From NCBI GenBank assembly GCA_964016885.1, contig OZ024740.1:21886001-21950000 (forward strand): a stretch of 64,000 nt of DNA, given 5' to 3'. Of this stretch, positions 57,675-64,000 are shown one piece after another (position 1 is the stretch's first letter; every line of letters starts with the position of its first letter). Under the pieces are notes generated by a model that was given only the letters and a program-made list of their open reading frames with translations, was not told the origin of the DNA and ran no database searches. The position numbers and the translations under genes are program-made. The DNA is from Eledone cirrhosa. Its lineage: Eukaryota.

Positions 57675-57704
57675 CAATTCTTATAGCCACAAGAGGAGTT
57701 AATT

Positions 57705-59076
57705 ATATAGCTGCTAGTGGAATAATTTATATAGCTACTACTGGAATAATTTATATAGCCACTAGTGGAATAATTTATATAGCTACTACTGGAATAATTT
57801 ATATAGTTACTACTGGAATAATTTATATAGTTACTAGTGGAATAATTTATATAGTTACTAGTGGAATAATTTATATAGCTACTACTGGAATAATTGATAT
57901 AGCTACTACTGGAATAATTTATATAGTTACTAGTGGAATAATTTATATAGCTACTACTGGAATAATTTATATAGCTACTAGTGGAATAATTGATATAGCT
58001 ACTAGTGGAATAATTTATATAGCTACTAGTGGAATAATTGATATAGCTACTAGTGGAATAATTTATATAGCTACTACTGGAATAATCTATATAGCTACTA
58101 CTGGAATAATTTATATAGTTACTGCTGGAATAATTTATATAGTTACTGCTGGAATAATTTATATAGTTACTGCTGGAATAATTTATATAGCTACTACTGG
58201 AATAATTTATATAGCTACTAGTGGAATAATTTATATAGCTACTACTGGAATAATTTATATAGCTACTAGTGGAATAATTTATATAGCTACTACTGGAATA
58301 ATTGATATAGCTACTACTGGAATAATTTATATAGCTACTACTGGAATAATTTATATAGCTACTACTGGAATAATTGATATAGCTACTACTGGAATAATTT
58401 ATATAGCTACTACTGGAATAATTTATATAGCTACTACTGGAATAATTGATATAGCTACTACTGGAATAATTTATATAGCTACTACTCGAATAATCTATAT
58501 AGCTACTAGTGGAATAATTTATATAGCTACTACTGGAATAATTTATATAGCTACTACTGGAATAATTTATATAGCTACTACTGGAATAATTTATATAGCT
58601 ACTAGTGGAATAATTTATATAGCTACTACTGGAATAATTTATATAGTTACTACTGGAATAATTTATATAGTTACTACTGGAATAATCTATATAGCTACTA
58701 GTGGAATAATTTATATAGCTACTACTGGAATAATTTATATAGCTACTAGTGGAATAATTTATATAGCTACTAGTGGAATAATTTATATAGCTACTACTGG
58801 AATAATTTATATAGCTACTACTGGAATAATCTATATAGCTACTACTGGAATAATCTATATAGCTACTAGTGGAATAATTTATATAGCTACTAGTGGAATA
58901 ATTTATATAGCTACTAGTGGAATAATTTATATAGCTACTAGTGGAATAATTTATATAGCTACTAGTGGAATAATTTATATAGCTACTAGTGGAATAATTA
59001 ATATAGCTACTAGTGGAATAATCTATGTAGTTACTACTGGAATAATTTATATAGCTACTACTGGAATAATTTATAT
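57705..59076. repeat. 24-bp minisatellite, ~57 copies
   Basis: Unit ggaataatttatatagctacta(c/g)t. Confidence 0.97.
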
Positions 59077-59535
59077 AAGTGAACCTCCCCAATGTTTTGG
59101 TCACATATTCCTTGGCTTATATTTGAGTATATATAGCAATTCTTATAGCGATGAGTGGAATTAATTTAAAATGAAGTTATGGATATATGGTTATGTCCAA
59201 ATTTAGTCGAGTAAATAGCTGCCATAAGGGAATATCACATTGGCAGATAGGAAAAGAGACTTTATGGTGGTGGTAGAAAAGGTGGGAAGGTGGAGTTTGG
59301 CAACCAGAGCAAGATATAGTTAGCTTTCGTTGCCAGTGAGAGTAGGAAGTGTTTTCCTCTAAATTAAATATTAGACAAGGCACTTAGATTAAATCATGCT
59401 TATAAAACAGAGTTGGTGATAATAATAATAAACAGAGAGAATAATTATATCTTAACTTTGGCTACTATACATCTATGACATATATATGTGAGTGTGAGTA
59501 TTTGTATATATATAAATATATATATATGTAAATGC

Positions 59536-59591
<56 letters not shown>

Positions 59592-59623
59592 ATGATATAT
59601 ATATATATATATGATGATGATGA

Positions 59624-59664
<41 letters not shown>

Positions 59665-59745
59665 CATGATGATGATGATGATGATGATAATATATATATA
59701 TAGATGATGATGATGATGATGATGATAATGATGATGATTATGATG

Positions 59746-59775
<30 letters not shown>

Positions 59776-59776
<1 letters not shown>

Positions 59777-60117
59777 GAGGCACATGGCTTAGTGGTTAGA
59801 GCATTGGCCTTGCAATCGAAAGGTTGTGAGTTCAATTCTCAGACCGGGTGATGTGTTGTTTCCTTGAGCAAGGCACTTTATTTCACATTGCTCCAGTTTA
59901 CTCAGCTGTAGAAATGAGATGATAGAGACTGGGGTCCCTATCATTCCACTGTAAAGTGGTCGTGGAGGTGCCATGACAAAAAAGCACCCATCACTCACTG
60001 TAAATGAGGTTGGTGTTAGGAAGGGCATCCAGCTGTAGAAATCAAGTCAGAATCAGTTCCCGTCCCACCCTTGCAAGCAGGGAAAAAGCGCATTAAAACG
60101 AAATGAATGAAATGAAT
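59776..60117 (+). mobile_element. SINE family 1
   Basis: As 20688-21028. Confidence 0.92.
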
Positions 60118-60350
60118 AGTAATATTGTTGTGGTCGTGTTTTCGTTGGCAAACGTCTGTTTACGACAGTACAGCGCGGCTCTACTTAATTTAACTGAGAT
60201 GAAACTTATATGAGCATGAACAGTAGATCATTACGCATCTTTTGGCTTAAAAATCTAGAAATTTGGTCCAGCGGGAAAAAGTTTATAATCAAAGTTTGCT
60301 GATAAATCTTGTGTTCAAGTGAGTGAGTAGTAAGCGTGACGCTAGGGGAG

Positions 60351-60551
60351 GTAATCCAGAAATGACGACGTTTGGAAAAGTTTAATTACTGCATGAAAGA
60401 AATGATTCAAAAATTGAACTTGCCCAATCTTCACAACATTGAAAATTGGTCAAAATTTGACAAATCTGACTTCAAACCAGATATGATTCATTTGAACAAT
60501 GTTGGAAATCTTAAATTGACACAAATTTTTGCCAATGTTTTTGCCACCTGA
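60351..60551 (+). pseudogene. SGNH/GDSL esterase-like C-terminal fragment
   Basis: 60393-60551 reads MKEMIQKLNLPNLHNIENWSKFDKSDFKPDMIHLNNVGNLKLTQIFANVFAT* (DxxHLNxxG, block V); an RNDD motif lies just upstream in a shifted frame. Confidence 0.55.
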
Positions 60552-60731
60552 TCCTTGTTCTATGGCTGACTGACTAATTTTGTGACTTAATAAAATGTCA
60601 TCATACTAGTAATGCACAATGGTCATTTTTAAATTTAAATTTTATTAAATAGTTGTTGCTTGCATTGCCTTAAAATAGTAACAAGAATGTACACATACTT
60701 TTTAAAAATACATCATTATCAGTCAAATCAG

Positions 60732-61091
60732 TCAAATATCACTAAAAGCCAGGTGGTCGATAACAACTTCTATAAGATTAGTTACATGCTCACACATTGG
60801 ATCACCTCTCATCAATGGCATTGGGTGTCTGAGATAATCGTGGAGATAACTGATGAAGTCACAAATGAAGTGATTGTCTTCCAGTGTGAACAACTCCCTA
60901 TATCCATTGATATATGTGATGGCTTCCGATTCATAGGTGCATTTTATGAGGAATTCCATGCATCCAATTTTCAGTGATTCAATGGGCATTTTATCAGAGA
61001 TGATAAGGTATTTGACCACGTTTTGCTTTGTAAGTAAATTGGAGAGAATCACTGCAGTCAAAGTCATTTCTTTGCATGGATTTTTGTCCAT
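60732..61091 (-). CDS. 119-aa ORF or exon resembling the BACK-like region of BTB/SPOP-type proteins
   Basis: LSNLLTKQNVVKYLIISDKMPIESLKIGCMEFL...INGYRELF resembles that pattern; preceded by acceptor-like TTTAACTGTTTAG. Confidence 0.5.
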   Translation of the reverse strand: MDKNPCKEMTLTAVILSNLLTKQNVVKYLIISDKMPIESLKIGCMEFLIKCTYESEAITYINGYRELFTLEDNHFICDFISYLHDYLRHPMPLMRGDPMCEHVTNLIEVVIDHLAFSDI

Positions 61092-61363
61092 TCTAAACAG
61101 TTAAAATGATAAAGTATTACTACTATATAACTTACATCTATTGTTGTAACACCATTGAAATGCACAAGTTTCACCAATTCACTATTATGCACTAATCATC
61201 TCAAATGCATTCATGATTTACTAGCTTTATCATTAAGCCAGTTGCCTCAACTAGATTGCAATTATACTCAAAAGAACTTTAAAATGTCAATCACTTCTCA
61301 GTAATTCACTATGATCATTTAATTATTAGATAGTTGTTGCTTGCATTGCCTTAAAAAATAGTA

Positions 61364-62427
61364 GACCAGATAGAAAAATGCGTACAGCAAAAAAAAGTAA
61401 TATTGTTGGAATATAAACCTTTAAAAATACAGGACAAGAAACTAAGATAAAACTTTAAAAGAATAGGACAAGAAACTAAGATAAAACTTTAAAGAATTGA
61501 ACAAGAAATAAAAAAATTTTACAATAATATTAGTGGCAAAATTTTGTTATTCGTTTCCTGTGCTATGCCCCAGTATCTTCTTGATTAGTGCATAATAATT
61601 GTCATGCTCTCATTGTGCGTTGCCCCTGAGCGGTTGGTTCTGGTTGGGGTTAGTTGGCTGAGCAGTTCTGCTCCGTCAGAATGACCATTGCAAGAAGAAT
61701 TGGCCGATGCAGCTGCAGGTCTCCTCCAAGAATGCACTTCTGGTCCCGCAACACCAGACGAAGATGGAGAAGACGACCGGGACAAGATGTCGACTCTGAC
61801 CACCGACTACGGCACCTCCCTCAACCACCGGTCCTCCCTCCCTCTGTCCCGTCATCCCTCCAGTCCTCCTGCTCCCCCTTCCTGTACCAGAAAGCTGTGG
61901 CACGCATTCATCTGGACTGTCGGACTTGAACTCAAGGACAAGATGCAAGGAGAAGATGGACGGGTTGGTCAAGATCAAGGATGAGCGGGACGACAAGACC
62001 GTCCGCTGCTGCTCAAGATCTGTGCTCATGGGCCCATGGATCCATTCACATTATGCATGACACATGAGGCGTGTCGCCGAATGATGAAATAGGGGTATGG
62101 TTATGACCCAATTGGTGTTCAAACCAGGATCAAATGATCCTCCCGGTCTGACGACGACCTCTGAATGTGGGACCCAGAGCCTATGAATGTGGAACTCGAT
62201 TTTTTACCATTAAAAATTTTGCCACTAATATTATTGTAAACATTTTTATTTCTTGTCCAATTCTTTAAAGTTTTATCTTAGTTTCTTGTCCTATTCTTTT
62301 AAAGTTTTATCTTAGTTTCTTGTCCTATTCTTTTAAAGTTTTATTTTAGTTTCTTGTCCTGTATTTTTAAAGGTTTATATTCCAACAATATTACTTTTTT
62401 TTGCTGTACGCATTTTTCTATCTGGTG
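61364..62427. mobile_element. Non-autonomous long-TIR element with GC-rich interior
   Basis: Arms 61364-61546 and 62213-62427 with ~33-bp sub-repeats; termini (G/C)ACCAGATAG, TA on both sides. Confidence 0.85.
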
Positions 62428-62436
62428 TATATATAT

Positions 62437-62844
62437 GGGATAACAAGTTATCGTTATAGGTAATCCAGTTAGAGGTTGTGAGTACTCTGCGTCGTGGATA
62501 GTTTTAACGTACGGCTTTGTTTGACTCAACAAGATGTTTCCATAGTTAGGCAGCGAGTTCGCAAGAATTCCTATGCAGGTTATACTTGGATTAATAATAG
62601 TGAAAGATTGAAGAATAACATGGTCGGCTGTACAACAAGGGGTTTTATTTCAAGTATTAACAACTGTTTCATTGATCAGGTGAGTCTAAACGCCGCTAAT
62701 CACTCGAAGTTGTGTCACTCGACCTTAAATACAGTGTTTACCTCTGATCAAATCCTCAGAATACTCACCTGATCAATGAAACAATTGTTAATACTTGAAA
62801 TAAAGCCCCTTGTTGTACAGCCGACCATGTTATTCTTCAATCTT

Positions 62845-62850
<6 letters not shown>
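62437..62850. mobile_element. Family J element with ~88-bp inverted arms
   Basis: 62598-62685 inverts to 62763-62850; TA tracts flank. Confidence 0.82.
62653..62765 (-). ncRNA. Type-I hammerhead with extended stem II
   Basis: AGUAUU-CUGAGGA-UUUGAUCAG...CUGAUCAAU-GAAA-CAGUUG-UU-AAUACU. Confidence 0.78.
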
Positions 62851-62925
<75 letters not shown>

Positions 62926-62952
62926 TTAAAGGTATATATATATATATTTAAA

Positions 62953-63254
62953 GATCCCCTTCCATCACAAATACCCATGAGATTTGCACCTAGAAAGTCT
63001 CCCTTCCAGGGACAGTATTTTTGTGGGAGACCAGCAGTTGCCCATGCATACCAGTCTCCCCTCTCCACACACTAAGGGAAACGCTAAAACGGATACAGCT
63101 TGGCACCACTGACATTGCAACTCATTTCTACAGCTGAGTAAACAAGACCAATGGGAAATAAAGTGTCTTGCCCAAGGACACAACACATTGCCTGCTTCAG
63201 GAATCGCGGTCAAAATCTCATGATTGTTAATCTGACACCCTAACCACTAAGCCA
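62953..63254 (-). mobile_element. SINE related to family 1 with a different tail
   Basis: TGGCTTAGTGGTTAGGG head; CCTTGGGCAAGACACTTTATTTC core. Confidence 0.78.
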
Positions 63255-63263
63255 TATATATGT

Positions 63264-63586
63264 GGAGGCACATGGCTTAGTGGTTAGAGCATTGGCCTTG
63301 CAATGAAAGGTTGTGAGTTCAATTCTCAGACCAGGTGATGTGTTGTTTCCTTGAGCAAGACACTTTATTTCACATTGCTCCAGTTTACTCAGCTGTAGAA
63401 ATGAGATGATAGGGACTGGGGTCCCTATCATTCCACTGTAAAGTGGTCGTGGAGGTGCCACGGCAAAAAGCACCCAGCACTCACTGTAAATGAGGTTGGT
63501 GTTAGGAAGGGCATCCAGCTGTAGAAATCAAGCCAGAATCAGTTCCCGTCCCACCCAAGCAGGGAAAAGCGGACGTAAAATGATGA

Positions 63587-63590
<4 letters not shown>
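63264..63590 (+). mobile_element. SINE family 1
   Basis: As 20688-21028. Confidence 0.92.
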
Positions 63591-63640
<50 letters not shown>

Positions 63641-63645
<5 letters not shown>

Positions 63646-64000
63646 AAATGAACTAAGTGAGAAATTAGGAATAAGAGGGATCAGATGTTGTTTACTCGAG
63701 AGAACACTACGTTGGTACGGTCACGTGATGCGCATGAAAGACGACAGCTGTATAAAAAAGTGCAGGGCGATAAAAACAGACGGTAGCCACAGAGTAGGCA
63801 GACCCAGAAAAACCTGGGACGACTTGATAATTTCTGACCTCACACACACCTCTCCAAGACAATGTCACTGGACCGAGATCTTTGGCGCTACACAGTCATA
63901 CAGAAGACCCGCCTTGCCTAAGTACAAAGCGAAACTTACAGTCAGTAGACACCTCTTAACCAAACATACACCCCAACCCTTTCTCTGAAAAGTTATCTTG
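63641..64000 (+). mobile_element. RTE-clade LINE 3' fragment, runs off the window
   Basis: [24 protein letters not shown]. Confidence 0.9.

Noticed and set aside
57575-59104. 509-aa YINYSSSS ORF as a structural protein
   Set aside because: A 24-bp stop-free unit gives an ORF by chance, and its ends lie in MITE-like sequence.

Overview
Eukaryotic, AT-rich and almost entirely repetitive DNA; the SINE/LINE types suggest a cephalopod (octopus-like) genome, which is an inference. Nearly all long ORFs in the track are microsatellite artefacts. Supported content: seven RTE-clade LINE copies, two CR1-group LINE fragments, one Penelope-like element (RT + GIY-YIG) with ~1.1-kb inverted arms, a Buster/Charlie-type hAT transposon with an 8-bp TSD, two SINE families, MITEs and several minisatellites. 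The most striking signal is about 20 complete, degenerate or half type-I hammerhead ribozyme motifs in about 8 apparently unrelated small non-coding insertions. Most sit in (TA)n tracts and many are palindromic, with a motif on each strand; one is a 469-bp tandem retrozyme-like unit. A non-repetitive island at 60.1-62.4 kb holds an SGNH-esterase-like fragment, a BACK/SPOP-like ORF and a long-TIR element with GC-rich cargo. One candidate 42-nt minus-strand micro-exon suggests the window may be intronic. All structures were paired by eye and element boundaries are approximate.
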